Assembly (NCBI GenBank): GCA_963703285.1
Contig: OY969807.1
Coordinates: 1,536,001 to 1,600,000, forward strand
Direction: 5' to 3'
DNA from: an uncultured Nitrososphaerota archaeon
Lineage (GTDB): Archaea; Thermoproteota; Nitrososphaeria; Nitrososphaerales; Gagatemarchaeaceae
Length of the DNA: 64,000 nucleotides
The position numbers and the translations under genes are program-made. Shown here in pieces: positions 1 through 10,175 of the stretch. A model generated the notes under the pieces. The model did no database searches. It was given only the letters and a program-made list of their open reading frames with translations, and was not told the origin of the DNA. Each line of letters begins with the position of its first letter. Positions within the stretch are counted from its first letter, which is position 1.

Positions 1-9
1 CTGCACGTA

Positions 10-396
10 CTACTTCCAGACGGTCTTGACCGGGGTGTCGCCTAGTCCCCAGCTCCATGAGACCCTGGGCCTGATGCGGATGTACTCGCCTTTGCCGAAC
101 TCCCCCTCGTGCGTCACGATATCGGCCACACCGTTCACCCTTATCCCGCGCACCTTCCACGGGTCCACCGAGACGAGGTCGTCTATGACCAGCGCGACCT
201 GCCGGTTCCCGCTCTTGACGTTGAGGTACCTTGGGGTGGACCTGAGGATCTTCTGCTTGACGCTCCCGATGTAGAAGCACTTGCCGTCGAACTCGAAACC
301 CACGGGAGCGACGTTCGGCTTGCCCTTTGTGGTGGCCGTGGCTACCCTCACGAGAAGCTGCGACTTCAGGTACTTGAGCTCCTCCTTGTTGAACAT
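10..396 (-). CDS. PPOX-class (pyridoxamine 5'-phosphate oxidase-like, probably F420-dependent) oxidoreductase
   Basis: VRVATAT..GKPNVAPVGF, N..N.QVALVIDDL..W..RGIRVNG.A motifs; ATG at 396 preferred over the longer ORF. Confidence 0.8.
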   Translation of the reverse strand: MFNKEELKYLKSQLLVRVATATTKGKPNVAPVGFEFDGKCFYIGSVKQKILRSTPRYLNVKSGNRQVALVIDDLVSVDPWKVRGIRVNGVADIVTHEGEFGKGEYIRIRPRVSWSWGLGDTPVKTVWK

Positions 397-518
397 GTAC
401 GCAGTCGAGACTGGCTCTCTAAAGACATCTTCGGTGGGCGGTGCATTCGAAGGAGACTTCCGACCTCCTTCCACACGATCACTGCTGGCCAGAGGTTCCG
501 CATTCGCTGGCCGAAAAG

Positions 519-1031
519 ATGAAATCTTATGGGCGTCCGGACCATCAAGGCTTGGTAGACGCCACCGACCTCACGCTGTTAGCGACGTTGGTGCAGACTT
601 CCGTGATCACCCTGACGCTGCTCGTCTTCATCTTCCAGTTCCGCAGCCAGGAGAAAGCGATTCGGGAATCATCATATCAGAACCTCCTCGGAAGGTACAA
701 CGAATACGTCATGTCAGGCTCGGGCACAGACGACCAGCTCCTCGCGCGGCTCTTCTCAGAAGAGGCCGAGAGGCCCTCCCTCCAAGAGCTGGCCGTGGTT
801 CGCCGCCTCATGATAGCCTATGGGATCATCGAGGAAGCCTATGAGCTCTACGAGAAAGGATGGATCGATGAAGAGACTTGGGAGCAGTGGGCTGCATGGC
901 TAAGAGTCATCTCCAAGCACCCCCGGTTCCGCACTCTCCACGTCGGAGCCACCGGCATGTTCGATAAGGGTTTCCAAGCCTACGTCTCGCGGATAATCGA
1001 AGCGAAGGGCTCATCCGAGCCAAGAAAGTAG
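519..1031 (+). CDS. Hypothetical protein with N-terminal TM helix
   Basis: Hydrophobic LLATLVQTSVITLTLLVFIF followed by a helical domain (G.ID.E.W..W); start uncertain. Confidence 0.6.
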   Translation: MKSYGRPDHQGLVDATDLTLLATLVQTSVITLTLLVFIFQFRSQEKAIRESSYQNLLGRYNEYVMSGSGTDDQLLARLFSEEAERPSLQELAVVRRLMIAYGIIEEAYELYEKGWIDEETWEQWAAWLRVISKHPRFRTLHVGATGMFDKGFQAYVSRIIEAKGSSEPRK

Positions 1032-1336
1032 ATCACGGTCAGGCTGCTTGAATTCGTGATGCTAGGGTTCATCGCGCCTCCGCTGAGGCATCTCATCCAC
1101 ATGTTGGGCTCGGGTGATTCGCCAGCCACCTTGGGCGCTCTCCTGCGGAGGCGTTCGAACGAGCTCGAATCAGACGGAAGAGCCAAAAGCCCACCCCTCT
1201 TCTCAGGCGAGACGACGATGACGATGGCAGACGGGGAAATCCTCGGGATTCAACGGGGTCGTTGAAAGACGGACCCCGTCTCCTGCCGCCGGTCCGACCC
1301 ACTCCCGGGGCGTAATCCCCGAGGTCGACAGCCGGA

Positions 1337-2125
1337 TTGAAGTTCCTGCCCTTAGAGCACGGACTCATCGTCTCGTGGTTCGTCATGATAATCGGGGCTG
1401 TGCTCCTGTCCACCGAGTTCAGCTCCTACGGAATCGGTTTGATAATCGTACTCCTGCCCACGCTGTTTGTCTACGACAGGGTCATCGTAGGTCTGAGACT
1501 CTGGTCGCTGGGGAAGGTAGACTTCCGCGGCTTGCTGGTCGAGAAGGTGGGGGCTCTGGCCCTCGTCATCCTCTCGGTAGCGCTCGCCTACATGGCCGCG
1601 GGTCTGCTGCTGAGCTTGATGCCTTGGATTCCCGTGTTGGTGACGGCCGTCATCCTGGTCCTGGTGGGAATCGCCTTCCGCTATCTGAAGGAGAGGCACA
1701 TGGTCACGAGGGCCGTCTCGACCCTGATGGTGAACTCGCAATTCCTTCTAATCAACTCAGCCCTCGGCGACACAGTCACGAGTTTCGAGATCATCGCCTT
1801 CACCATGATGTCGCTGGTCGCCCTGCTTCTCGTCGCGAACGTCGTCCAGCTGGTAGAGACCGAAAGGATCCGGGTGGGCCCTTCCAGGCGAGGTTCAATC
1901 GGGGACGACCCACCCTTCTTCGTGGCGGGAGTGGCCATCGCAGCGGTAATCTCCCTGGCTGTCTCAGAGTTCTACCTATCCTTCGTCATCCTGCTGGTGG
2001 CAATCGAGGGTGCATGCCGTTATGGGCTGCGGGGGAGGACGATGAGGACCAGGGGGATTCTCTCGTCGTGCGTCGAGGCGCTAGCGCTGCTGCTCCTCCT
2101 CCTGCACCTCCATGGAATCCTGTAG
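1337..2125 (+). CDS. Multi-pass membrane protein, YwiC-like
   Basis: N-terminal PLEHG..W motif and many hydrophobic segments. Confidence 0.6.
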   Translation: MKFLPLEHGLIVSWFVMIIGAVLLSTEFSSYGIGLIIVLLPTLFVYDRVIVGLRLWSLGKVDFRGLLVEKVGALALVILSVALAYMAAGLLLSLMPWIPVLVTAVILVLVGIAFRYLKERHMVTRAVSTLMVNSQFLLINSALGDTVTSFEIIAFTMMSLVALLLVANVVQLVETERIRVGPSRRGSIGDDPPFFVAGVAIAAVISLAVSEFYLSFVILLVAIEGACRYGLRGRTMRTRGILSSCVEALALLLLLLHLHGIL

Positions 2126-2213
2126 GTCTTTCGCGCCGGAAATGGCCAACGCTCTCGGGAAGTTCAGAAAACAGGCGATACTAGGAATCCCCTGCGGCTC
2201 CGCCGAGGCGTCT

Positions 2214-2846
2214 TCAGACGATGCGGCTCTTGGACAACCTCTTGACCACCAGCGCTGCACCTTCCTTCGTGATAATTTTCCAAGACCGAACGTAACTCTC
2301 TTTCATATGCGGGTTGGCCTTCGAGTACTCCCACCATCTCTCGTGTCTGATGTACCTCTCCGCGCCACTACCGAAGACGGCTCTGAGCGTTTCGACCAGC
2401 AGGGCCTGGACTGGGATGTGGATGATCGTGGTGTGGTCCTCGGTTTTGTATGAGGCCCCCATAGATATCCAGTATCCCGCGAGCATTTCCTCGTTGTCGT
2501 CCAACAGAGTATGGATGAGTTCGTGTATCAGAGATGTGACCTGGCCCTCGATGTTCTCCCCCTTCTCTCCTATCCAGAGGGTGAGTGGATCGGAAAATGG
2601 GTAGCTGACAGTCGAGACCACATAGGCCCGAATCTCCCTTCTCTTACAGCGGAGCCCCGAGAAACTCGCCATGGCGCGCAGGATTTTCTCCGAATGCACG
2701 TCCCAAGCCTTCTGGATCTCTGCCGCCTGCTCCTTGCCTCTGCGGCTAGCCTCGGGGGTGAGCTCGTGACCATGATACCTCATGAGTACGCGGTCGTATA
2801 TCGAAGAGTAGGTGACAATAACCCTAGGGATTCCGCCCACAGGCAC
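2214..2846 (-). CDS. Hypothetical protein with HExxH zincin-like motif
   Basis: LIHELIH motif. Confidence 0.6.
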   Translation of the reverse strand: MPVGGIPRVIVTYSSIYDRVLMRYHGHELTPEASRRGKEQAAEIQKAWDVHSEKILRAMASFSGLRCKRREIRAYVVSTVSYPFSDPLTLWIGEKGENIEGQVTSLIHELIHTLLDDNEEMLAGYWISMGASYKTEDHTTIIHIPVQALLVETLRAVFGSGAERYIRHERWWEYSKANPHMKESYVRSWKIITKEGAALVVKRLSKSRIV

Positions 2847-2875
2847 TTGGTGGCGTACCTCTTCTTAACGATAGT

Positions 2876-3487
2876 TCACTCGGCGTTCATTGTGCCATCG
2901 GTCTGGGGAGCCTCTTCGTCGTCCTCCTGAGGCTCCTGATTGAGCCACCGCTTGGCCTTCCCTATCGGACCCAAACCCTGGGGCGTAAAGTTCCCGAAGC
3001 CTATCGCCGTGAAGCCTAGCGCCACGAAGATGGCGGAGTCTTGAATCACACCGGCAACTCCCGTAAGAGTTGAAAGGGACGACGTGAAATCCACGGTCTG
3101 TGGTGGATGGCCAGGAGGGAAGACGACGTTCTCGGCAATCACCAGGAGCGGGGTGTTCACGAGGGCCAGTACAAACCCCCACAAGAACAGCGTGAGCGCT
3201 ATCCAGGGGGCGGCCCTGGAGGGGTCAAGGCCATATCTCCGCGCCACGTAGAAGAAGAGTCCAAACGGTATGGCGAATTCGAAGATGATCGCTTGCCAGG
3301 GATATACGGCAAAGTACACCCCGTACACGAAGAATCGTTCGAAGATGGACCCGATGATGCCAATCAACTCAAACGCTTGAAGGAACCCATACAGGACGTA
3401 GCCGAGCAGGACCGCGAAGCCCGCAAGCGCAAGCATCGCCACCGCTCGCCCGGGGGACGGCTGACTCTCTGTGGTCAAGGTCTTCAC
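2876..3487 (-). CDS. Membrane protein
   Basis: About 4 TM segments; GTG at 3487 overlaps the stop of the upstream gene. Confidence 0.6.
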   Translation of the reverse strand: MKTLTTESQPSPGRAVAMLALAGFAVLLGYVLYGFLQAFELIGIIGSIFERFFVYGVYFAVYPWQAIIFEFAIPFGLFFYVARRYGLDPSRAAPWIALTLFLWGFVLALVNTPLLVIAENVVFPPGHPPQTVDFTSSLSTLTGVAGVIQDSAIFVALGFTAIGFGNFTPQGLGPIGKAKRWLNQEPQEDDEEAPQTDGTMNAE

Positions 3488-3954
3488 ATCCTCCTGTAGT
3501 ATGAGAGAAGGACTGCCGAGAAGCCGATGAGGGTGTATTCCACGGAGGCGAAGACGGAGCTTCCTGCCCATGACAGGAGGGTGGTTAGTGGGTCAGACTG
3601 GTAGGCGAAAATGAAGCTGCCTGCATTGATGGATACGTAGTCGGGCAGGCTAAGGACCGCCAGTGCCAGGACCGACCCGAGGAAGATGGAGAGCGCAACC
3701 TTTGTGTAGTCAACGCTCAGGTTCACCCGCACCCTCGCGGCCAGGTAGAACAGTACGAAGATGCCGAAGGGCACCAGGATGATATTGAACGCGACTAACG
3801 CCGACTCCGTGGTGGACCCGGGCAGGGCGTAGCTGCCCGTCGCTCTGATGTAGAGGTCTGGTGCAAGCTCGAGGGCGGTGATCAGGATTGCCGCAAGGAC
3901 GAACCTCGGAAAGACGCCGTGCGATTCCACCGCATAGCGGTCCTCCTGCGTCAA
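3484..3954 (-). CDS. Membrane protein
   Basis: About 4 TM segments; TATA-like sequence at about 3977-3982. Confidence 0.6.
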   Translation of the reverse strand: MTQEDRYAVESHGVFPRFVLAAILITALELAPDLYIRATGSYALPGSTTESALVAFNIILVPFGIFVLFYLAARVRVNLSVDYTKVALSIFLGSVLALAVLSLPDYVSINAGSFIFAYQSDPLTTLLSWAGSSVFASVEYTLIGFSAVLLSYYRRM

Positions 3955-4119
3955 TGGTGGTCTTGGCCACCGGCTTCTTATAGGCGTTCTCTCTCCTGTG
4001 ATCGTAGGACATTACACGGCGCGGGGGGTCATTGCGCCTCCGCCGGGGCATTTCATCCATACGTTTGGCGACATTAGCGTGTCTCCCCTAGGATTCTGGA
4101 TCTGTCGAGCAGCGAAGTC

Positions 4120-4446
4120 TCACGGAAAGCGCCCTTCGTTTGTCCCATTATGGCGTGAGGCTGTAGCTCGTGCCTTACGAACCGCCCAATCCAAGAAGGC
4201 CATGTTTGCGATGTCAACATCTTCCTTTGTTTCGTCAAGCGTTGCATCGTCGTGGTCAGGGAATCTCTCGGTAATCTCGTGGAGGAAGCGGTCTTGAATT
4301 GATTCGAGAGGATAGTTTCTCCAATCGAAGTCATCCCTTGTTACGCTGTCTTTTCCCCATTTATCGGCGCGGAGTCTGAACTTCGCGAGCATCTCTCCCT
4401 TGAACTGATTCAGTTTCTGTTCGAGAACCGACTCGTCCTCCATCAT
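4120..4446 (-). CDS. Small helical protein, possible MazG/dNTP pyrophosphohydrolase-like
   Basis: HEITE...EDVDIANMAF resembles the E..D.AN motif of all-alpha NTP pyrophosphohydrolases; sole gene between repeats 4025 and 4486. Confidence 0.45.
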   Translation of the reverse strand: MMEDESVLEQKLNQFKGEMLAKFRLRADKWGKDSVTRDDFDWRNYPLESIQDRFLHEITERFPDHDDATLDETKEDVDIANMAFLDWAVRKARATASRHNGTNEGRFP

Positions 4447-4621
4447 GCAGGATTTTAGGAACGGGTACGATTTAAGCTTATTCAGGCCGTATATGGGGTT
4501 CGTTGCGCCTCCGCTCGGGATGATCACCGGTTGGTGTTCTCTACTCTGTCGTCAAACAAGGATCTAAAAGATTGACAACCTGAGATTCAGTGTCTAACCG
4601 ATTAATACGGCCCGGTCGCAG

Positions 4622-5413
4622 ATGATAGTCATGGGGAATCCAAGTCAACGAGCGTGGTCTGCCGATGAAGCCGAGGCTTGGAACCTGCTCATTCCCATGC
4701 AGCGGACGGCCAAGGAGGTCGGCTTCCTGCTGTGGGTGTTCAGACGGTTTGGCCGTGAAGGCGTTCGTGAGGTGCTGGACCTGGGGTGCGGAGCCGGTCG
4801 ACTCGCCATCGAACTGTCGGCAAAGGGATACGCCGTCACGGGTGTGGACAGGTCCCCGGCCATGCTGAAGGTAGCGAGGCGCAACGCCGACGAGAGGCAG
4901 GTTGAGCTCAGGCTCCTCAGGTCCCGGCTGAGCGAACTCAAGGTCACGGGGAGGTTCGACGCGGCCTACAGCGTCCAGGACCCGTTCAACTACCTGCTCG
5001 AGGAGGACGAGCTCTCGAGCTCGCTCACAAGGCTGAGGTCCCTGTTGCGGCCCGGCGGAGTGCTGGTCGTCGACATCATGAACTTCGCTACGCTGTACGG
5101 CGGGTGGAAGAGGGTCCTCAGGCAGACCAGCAGGGGCAAGAACTGGACGATCCGCAGGCGCGTATCGCTCGAGGTGGACGACGTGAACATGCTCTGGTAC
5201 CACAGGCTCGAGGCCGCGATGGTCCTCGGCGGAGGAAGGAGACGCTGGGAGGAGACGCACGTGCTGAGGATGTGGACGTTCCCGGAGTTCAGGAGCCGGT
5301 TGATCGCCAACGGCTTCTCCGCCGTCCACCTCTTCGGGGGGCTGAAGGCAGGCGCAAGGGAAGCGACCACTCATGCCCCTCGGCTGGTGATCGTAACTAC
5401 CAGGGCTCCCTGA
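4622..5413 (+). CDS. Class I SAM-dependent methyltransferase
   Basis: VLDLGCGAG, GVDRSPAML, FDAA, LRPGGVLVVD. Confidence 0.9.
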   Translation: MIVMGNPSQRAWSADEAEAWNLLIPMQRTAKEVGFLLWVFRRFGREGVREVLDLGCGAGRLAIELSAKGYAVTGVDRSPAMLKVARRNADERQVELRLLRSRLSELKVTGRFDAAYSVQDPFNYLLEEDELSSSLTRLRSLLRPGGVLVVDIMNFATLYGGWKRVLRQTSRGKNWTIRRRVSLEVDDVNMLWYHRLEAAMVLGGGRRRWEETHVLRMWTFPEFRSRLIANGFSAVHLFGGLKAGAREATTHAPRLVIVTTRAP

Positions 5414-5475
5414 GCATTCCTGCGCCAATGCTAGGGTTCATTGCGCCTCCGCCGCGGATATCAAGTCTCTATCAG

Positions 5476-5863
5476 TCATTTAATCATGATTGCTTCGTCC
5501 AAACCACGGAAGTGCTCGTCCCCGGTTATGACCTTCATCCCTCTTACTCTAGCCGTTGCTAGGACTACGGAGTCCACCAGTCCCCAACCCCTTACCCGCG
5601 ATCTTCGTTCAGCACTGATCTTTCCGGCCATCTCCGCCGTCTCCTCGTCGAGCGGCGCGAGAGCAGAGGTCGCCTTCAGAAACTTGAGCCTTTCCCTGTG
5701 GTCAAGATTCTCTCTGGTGTACTTGTCGATGAATTCGGCTATGACGATGGTGGGAGTGAAGGCTTCGCCGCTTTCGATGTAGGTCTTCGCCTTCTCTCCC
5801 GCTAGGCTTCCGGCGAAGTATTCAATCCAGGAGAACGTATCCAGTATGTAGATAGCCGGTCAC
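5476..5863 (-). pseudogene. vapC: PIN-domain VapC toxin lacking an in-frame canonical start
   Basis: Frame IYILDTFSWIEYF...TPTIVIAEF...GLVDS.VLATA...VITGDEHF is open 5476-5859; the overlapping GTG at 5863 is out of frame. Confidence 0.7.
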
Positions 5864-6060
5864 CTCTGGAATTCCTCATGTTCATGCTCTGAAAGATGGA
5901 CCGGTTTGGACCTGTCGACGCCGAACATGCTCTTGGGTAAGCGCTCTGCCTTCTCTATGAGAGCGTTGATCGTCTGGTCGAGGCTTTGTGCCCCCTCTTC
6001 TTTCATGATTCTCCTCAATCTATCCCGGGTCGACTCCTTGACCGCTATGGTCGTGGTCAT
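5860..6060 (-). CDS. vapB: VapB-type antitoxin
   Basis: MTTTIAVKESTRDRL...SLDQTINALI, directly upstream of the PIN frame. Confidence 0.8.
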   Translation of the reverse strand: MTTTIAVKESTRDRLRRIMKEEGAQSLDQTINALIEKAERLPKSMFGVDRSKPVHLSEHEHEEFQR

Positions 6061-6210
6061 AATGGATGTATCATATAGACTATAATATATATTCACCGCG
6101 CTTTCTCGCCATGCTAGGGTTCATTGCGCCACCGCCGAAGAATAACGCGCCGACAACACTCGCATGGTCGCTTCCTGTGCACGGGAAGACGTTTTATTTC
6201 GCAATCGTAG

Positions 6211-6816
6211 GTGGTCCGCATAATGCAACGGCTGGGCCCCGAGGACTACCAGAGCAAGAGACACATCAGAAAGCTCCTGCGCCTCGCAGGGGCGTCCAGG
6301 CGAGATGTGTTTTACGACCTGGGATGCGGGCTGGGCCAGCTCTGCATCGTAGCCGTGGCCGAGTTCGGAGTGAAGAAGGCGGTCGGGATAGAACTGCACA
6401 GGGGCCGGGCGGCGAAAGCGGCGGAGCACGTGCAGGGACTGGGTCTGTCGGACCGCATAGAGATTTGGAACGAGGACTATACCGAGTCGGACCTCCACGA
6501 GGCTACAATCCTGTATTGCGGGCATAGCGAAGAGGAAGAGGACGTCGCACGTTTTGAGAGCGAGCTGAGGAGGGGCTCCAGGTTCGTGAGCCTGTTCCTT
6601 CCCTTCGTCGGAGTGGTGCCTTCGGCGGTGGACTACCCCTTTTACGTCATGGACCTGCCTTTCAAGAGGACGGGGGACGTCTCTCTGTGGATATCGAAGG
6701 TGCTCGCCCGGAAGGCTTCCGTTAACGATCTCTACGAGGAGCTCGACAACGACAGGGAGTACCGGTACGACAAACGCGCCTTCCGGCGGCTCATGAACCA
6801 AAGATTCCGGGTCTAA
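6211..6816 (+). CDS. SAM-dependent methyltransferase
   Basis: FYDLGCGLG, AVGIEL. Confidence 0.8.
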   Translation: MVRIMQRLGPEDYQSKRHIRKLLRLAGASRRDVFYDLGCGLGQLCIVAVAEFGVKKAVGIELHRGRAAKAAEHVQGLGLSDRIEIWNEDYTESDLHEATILYCGHSEEEEDVARFESELRRGSRFVSLFLPFVGVVPSAVDYPFYVMDLPFKRTGDVSLWISKVLARKASVNDLYEELDNDREYRYDKRAFRRLMNQRFRV

Positions 6817-6919
6817 GGCCCAGACTTCACGACCCGCCGATCAAACCAATCAGCTGGGATTGCGCTTCCGTAGAGGCCAGCCATGCCAGGGTTCATTGCG
6901 CCTCCGTCGGGTAAATCGT

Positions 6920-7924
6920 TTACCCGAGCTTCAGCAGTCTTGCGGCATTGCCGCCCAGGATCTTCTCCTTCGCTCCGTCGCTGATGTCCAGCTTATTCAC
7001 GCGTTCGACGCAGTGGTCCAGGTCGCCAATCTGGTGAGGGTAGTCGCTCCCCATCACCAACTTCTCCGGGCCCCAGAAGGCCAGCGACGACGCGAGGACG
7101 TCGGAGTCGTAACAGACCGTGTCGAGCCATATTCGCTTGAAATAGTCCGATGGAGGCCGCGGGATGTTCTTCTTGGTCTCAGGATACACCCTGTAGGCCG
7201 CCTCTATCCGCCCGCGCAGGTAGGGGAAGACTCCCCCCGTATGCGTGGCCACCAGCTTGAGTCTTGGAAGCCGCTCCATGACGCCGCTGAAGACGAGCCT
7301 CAGGATGGCGAGGCTCGTGTCCACCCCGAAACCCATGATGGGCACCAGCCTGTAGTCTTCCATCCCCGTGACATTGACGGGGGAGGTCGGGTGGATGAAG
7401 ATGGGGACGTCTAGCTTGACCGCCTTCTCGTACACCTGCATGAACTCCTTGCTGTCGATGGGCTTTCCTGCGACGTTGGAGAAGATCATGGCGCCGCGCA
7501 GACCCCGCTCCTTCACCGCCCTCTCTAACTCCTCCGCAGCCGCCTGGGGGTCCTGCATTGGGAGTGCAGCTAGGGCGACGAACTTGTCGGGGAACTTCTC
7601 CATTATGTCGCCGTAGCTGTCGTTGGTCAGTCTAGCCAGCCTGATGCCCAGGCCGGGTTCCTCCCGTTCGACCCCGGGAGTGGTCAGCGTGATCACCTGC
7701 ATGTCGACCCCGCACTTTGCCATGGCCTTGACTCGGGCATCGAGGTTGACGTGACCGGATACCACCACGTTGTAGTCGCCGGCGTACCTGAGAAGGACCA
7801 CGCCTCTGGAGCCGGTCTCCAGGGTCGCGTGGCCCCGGGAGTCCTTCAGCCCGTCAAGGTATGCCTTGGGGTAAAAGTGGCTATGGAAGTCGATGATCAG
7901 AGGATGGTTCGGAGCCAGAAGCAT
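6920..7924 (-). CDS. Amidohydrolase 2 family (ACMSD-like) protein
   Basis: IIDFHSH, IFIHP, HTGG..PY, GSDYPH; the longer ORF runs through a repeat and is an artefact. Confidence 0.9.
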   Translation of the reverse strand: MLLAPNHPLIIDFHSHFYPKAYLDGLKDSRGHATLETGSRGVVLLRYAGDYNVVVSGHVNLDARVKAMAKCGVDMQVITLTTPGVEREEPGLGIRLARLTNDSYGDIMEKFPDKFVALAALPMQDPQAAAEELERAVKERGLRGAMIFSNVAGKPIDSKEFMQVYEKAVKLDVPIFIHPTSPVNVTGMEDYRLVPIMGFGVDTSLAILRLVFSGVMERLPRLKLVATHTGGVFPYLRGRIEAAYRVYPETKKNIPRPPSDYFKRIWLDTVCYDSDVLASSLAFWGPEKLVMGSDYPHQIGDLDHCVERVNKLDISDGAKEKILGGNAARLLKLG

Positions 7925-8192
7925 CGGGCTCAGTATAAAGGTTCGTTGCACTCCGCCGGGGCATTTCATCCACACGTTGAGTGTGACGAACTGCCTAGCC
8001 TGACCGGGAGTAAATGACCTTGAAGTGCTGAGCGCTCTGCCTCCATGCTTCTCGACGACGGGAGGTCCATCCGGGGCCCTTTGCCTACCTGTCAGAACGT
8101 TTGTGAACCGGACGGCAGACCCGAGCGTGATAGTCTGATCCGAGTGGGGTCTCCTTATATGTAGCAGGTCAAATTGACCACTCGGGCACTGG

Positions 8193-8609
8193 ATGAAGAC
8201 CTGGTCGGTGTTGTATCTACTGATATGGCTGGCCCTCGTCCAGATTTTGATAATTCTCTTCCCGGTGCTTGCCATATCGCAAACCTATGATCTGCACGCA
8301 TTAGTCGGGCTCGCCGTGGTTGCCGTCGCGCTGTACGCCTACTCGGGTGTTCGGAAGACGTCCTGCCCCGACAGAATCAAGAGAATAACCAAGACGACGG
8401 TGATACTTGGCGTGGTCCAAGGCCTGCTCGGGCTGGTCCTCTATGACAGTGTAACGACGGGCCTCGGCGGATCGGAGTTCCGGACGGCAATCTTGTTCCT
8501 TCACGCTGTGAATGCTCTTGCAATAATCACTCAGGCCTCGTCATCTGCAACCGCATTCGACATGTGGGAGGAGAAGGAGTTCTTGGGGACGCAACAACCT
8601 GGTCCCTAG
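8193..8609 (+). CDS. Four-TM membrane protein
   Basis: Hydrophobic segments with His residues (LHALVG, LHAVNA). Confidence 0.65.
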   Translation: MKTWSVLYLLIWLALVQILIILFPVLAISQTYDLHALVGLAVVAVALYAYSGVRKTSCPDRIKRITKTTVILGVVQGLLGLVLYDSVTTGLGGSEFRTAILFLHAVNALAIITQASSSATAFDMWEEKEFLGTQQPGP

Positions 8610-8756
8610 GGGCAGGCTTTGGGGTGAGAGATTACGGGCTCGTCATGTCGGAACAAGCTCGTCGGAATCTTTGCGGCTATTTCTGTGCCGTGTGTGGTTC
8701 ATTGCGCCTCCGCCGGGGGACCACCCTGACATATTGAGAAGGCGCCAAAAACCAAG

Positions 8757-8800
8757 GGTAGGATTTACTGATAGGTAGGAAATCATTTTAAGGTAGGAAT
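8757..8800 (+). promoter_or_regulatory. Triple GGTAGGA direct repeat around a TTTTAA box; likely TA autoregulatory operator
   Basis: ggtaggatttactgataggtaggaaatcattttaaggtaggaat directly before the AbrB gene. Confidence 0.55.
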
Positions 8801-8802
8801 CC

Positions 8803-9039
8803 ATGTCAGAATGCATGACTCAAGAGGTCGTGGTCACGAGAAGAGGGCAGACGACGATCCCCGTGGACGTGAGGAGGAAGCTGGGGATTGAGGAAGGAAC
8901 AAGGCTGAAGGTCGAGGCTGTGGAGGGCAAGGTGGTATTCACAAAAATCCCGTCCGTATTTGATTTGGCGGGGACGAGCAAGGGGACCGTGAAAGAAGCT
9001 TTCAATCGCCTTGACGCCATGCGGGAAGAAGAGGGATGA
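8803..9039 (+). CDS. vapB: AbrB/MazE-type antitoxin
   Basis: VTRRGQTTIPVDVRRKLGIEEG. Confidence 0.9.
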   Translation: MSECMTQEVVVTRRGQTTIPVDVRRKLGIEEGTRLKVEAVEGKVVFTKIPSVFDLAGTSKGTVKEAFNRLDAMREEEG

Positions 9040-9046
9040 GGCCAGT

Positions 9047-9442
9047 GTGCTCTTCGAGACGAGGTACTTCTGGGCCATCTTCCGATCCAAAGATCGGCGA
9101 ACCGTAAGAGAACTGAGAGCCATCTACGACCGGGCAGATGCAACTTATGTCTCCTCGATCAGCATCTACGAGGTCTACAAGCAGACGATAGAGTCCGAAG
9201 ACATGCAGGTCGCTGACGTGAGGGTCACGACCATGGAGAATGAGTTCGATGTCGTGGATGTCGACGCCGAGATTGCCGCGGAAGGCGCTAGAATCAGCCA
9301 CAGGCTGAGGATTCCGATGGCCGATTCCCTGATCATGGCTACGGCGAACCGGCTCCGCGTTTCATGCGTCACCGACGACCCTCACTTCACCGAAGTCAAG
9401 CGTACCTGGATAAGAATGAATGAGTCGGATGACGAGAAGTAG
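9047..9442 (+). CDS. vapC: PIN-domain VapC toxin
   Basis: VSSISIYEV, MADSLIMATA, VTDDPHF; first catalytic Asp appears as Glu (LFET). Confidence 0.8.
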   Translation: MLFETRYFWAIFRSKDRRTVRELRAIYDRADATYVSSISIYEVYKQTIESEDMQVADVRVTTMENEFDVVDVDAEIAAEGARISHRLRIPMADSLIMATANRLRVSCVTDDPHFTEVKRTWIRMNESDDEK

Positions 9443-9467
9443 ATGGCATGCTAGGGTTCATTGCGCC

Positions 9468-9977
9468 TCAATGATCAGCCAAACTCTGAACAAACTCTCT
9501 GGAGAGTGAACATGCTTGCTCGGGCGTTAAGCTCGATATGCTCTCGTCCAAGTCGGGAGAACTCTTCACAGCCGTCTGAAGTTCGAATCGTTCTCCTCCC
9601 GTTATTACACTCCAAGAGCTTTCTGGATTCGAAAATCGCCCATACAAGTTTGCAAGGGCGATGAACCTATTTCTTACTGCACGCGAGTAGGTTTCATTCT
9701 CCATCAGCGCCAATAGCCCGATACCTGTCCGAGTTGATTCGCAGAGGTACTTGAGAGCGGCAATCACGGCGAGGGGCTTCTCTCCCCTGAGGCCATAACG
9801 TGCCTGTGACGTCAGCACCTCTATGAAACGCCTGACATTATCTTCTGCAGTGGCAGGATCCATCCTGAGATTATTCGGGCCTGCGCCCTGGACCCGTATC
9901 GTTGTGTTGCATCTGGGGCAGATGAGTTGGGCAGAGTAAGCTTTCATTCGCGAGCCGCAGGACGGGCAGAAATTCAA
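9468..9977 (-). CDS. Zn-ribbon protein (TFS/RpoM-like N-terminus)
   Basis: MNFCPSCGS...LICPRC. Confidence 0.55.
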   Translation of the reverse strand: MNFCPSCGSRMKAYSAQLICPRCNTTIRVQGAGPNNLRMDPATAEDNVRRFIEVLTSQARYGLRGEKPLAVIAALKYLCESTRTGIGLLALMENETYSRAVRNRFIALANLYGRFSNPESSWSVITGGERFELQTAVKSSPDLDESISSLTPEQACSLSREFVQSLADH

Positions 9978-10175
9978 GGGCTTGAATCATCGTCCCCGTG
10001 CCGTTCATAAATGATTTCTCTGCATGCGCGCGAGATTCAGGGCCTCTAGCCATTTCTCGCTCTTGCACTTCAGTAGAAAGCGTTGTGCCATGCTAGGGTT
10101 CATTGCGCCTCCGCCCGGGGCATTTCATCCAACACCGGCCTATCCGTTAATACCTAGCCCGAATCCGATGCTAGC

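Larger units (their letters stand above)
1059..10135 (+). repeat. Distal cluster of 10 direct-repeat copies of the 23S rRNA 3' processing-stem arm
   Basis: Approximate copies: 1059-1110, 4025-4068, 4486-4520, 5424-5454, 6106-6137, 6880-6911, 7939-7979, 8687-8719, 9445-9469, 10086-10135. All share GGGTTC(A/G)TTGCGCCTC or a 1-2 nt variant; essentially intergenic; same orientation as the native site at about 55800-55860. Confidence 0.93.

Noticed and set aside
1190-1335. GC-rich hairpin-like intergenic segment (ACGGGGTC...GACCCCGT) after the first repeat
   Set aside because: A single stem-loop with no recognisable RNA family; not enough to call an ncRNA
2884-2897. Partial repeat-like words here and at about 6856, 25418, 27165 and 42331
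   Set aside because: Matches are too short (7-13 nt) to distinguish from chance; not counted as copies
4541-5428. Long antisense ORFs, e.g. 4541-5428, 10140-10925, 23458-24279, 54017-55024
   Set aside because: Shadows of well-supported genes on the opposite strand in GC-rich DNA
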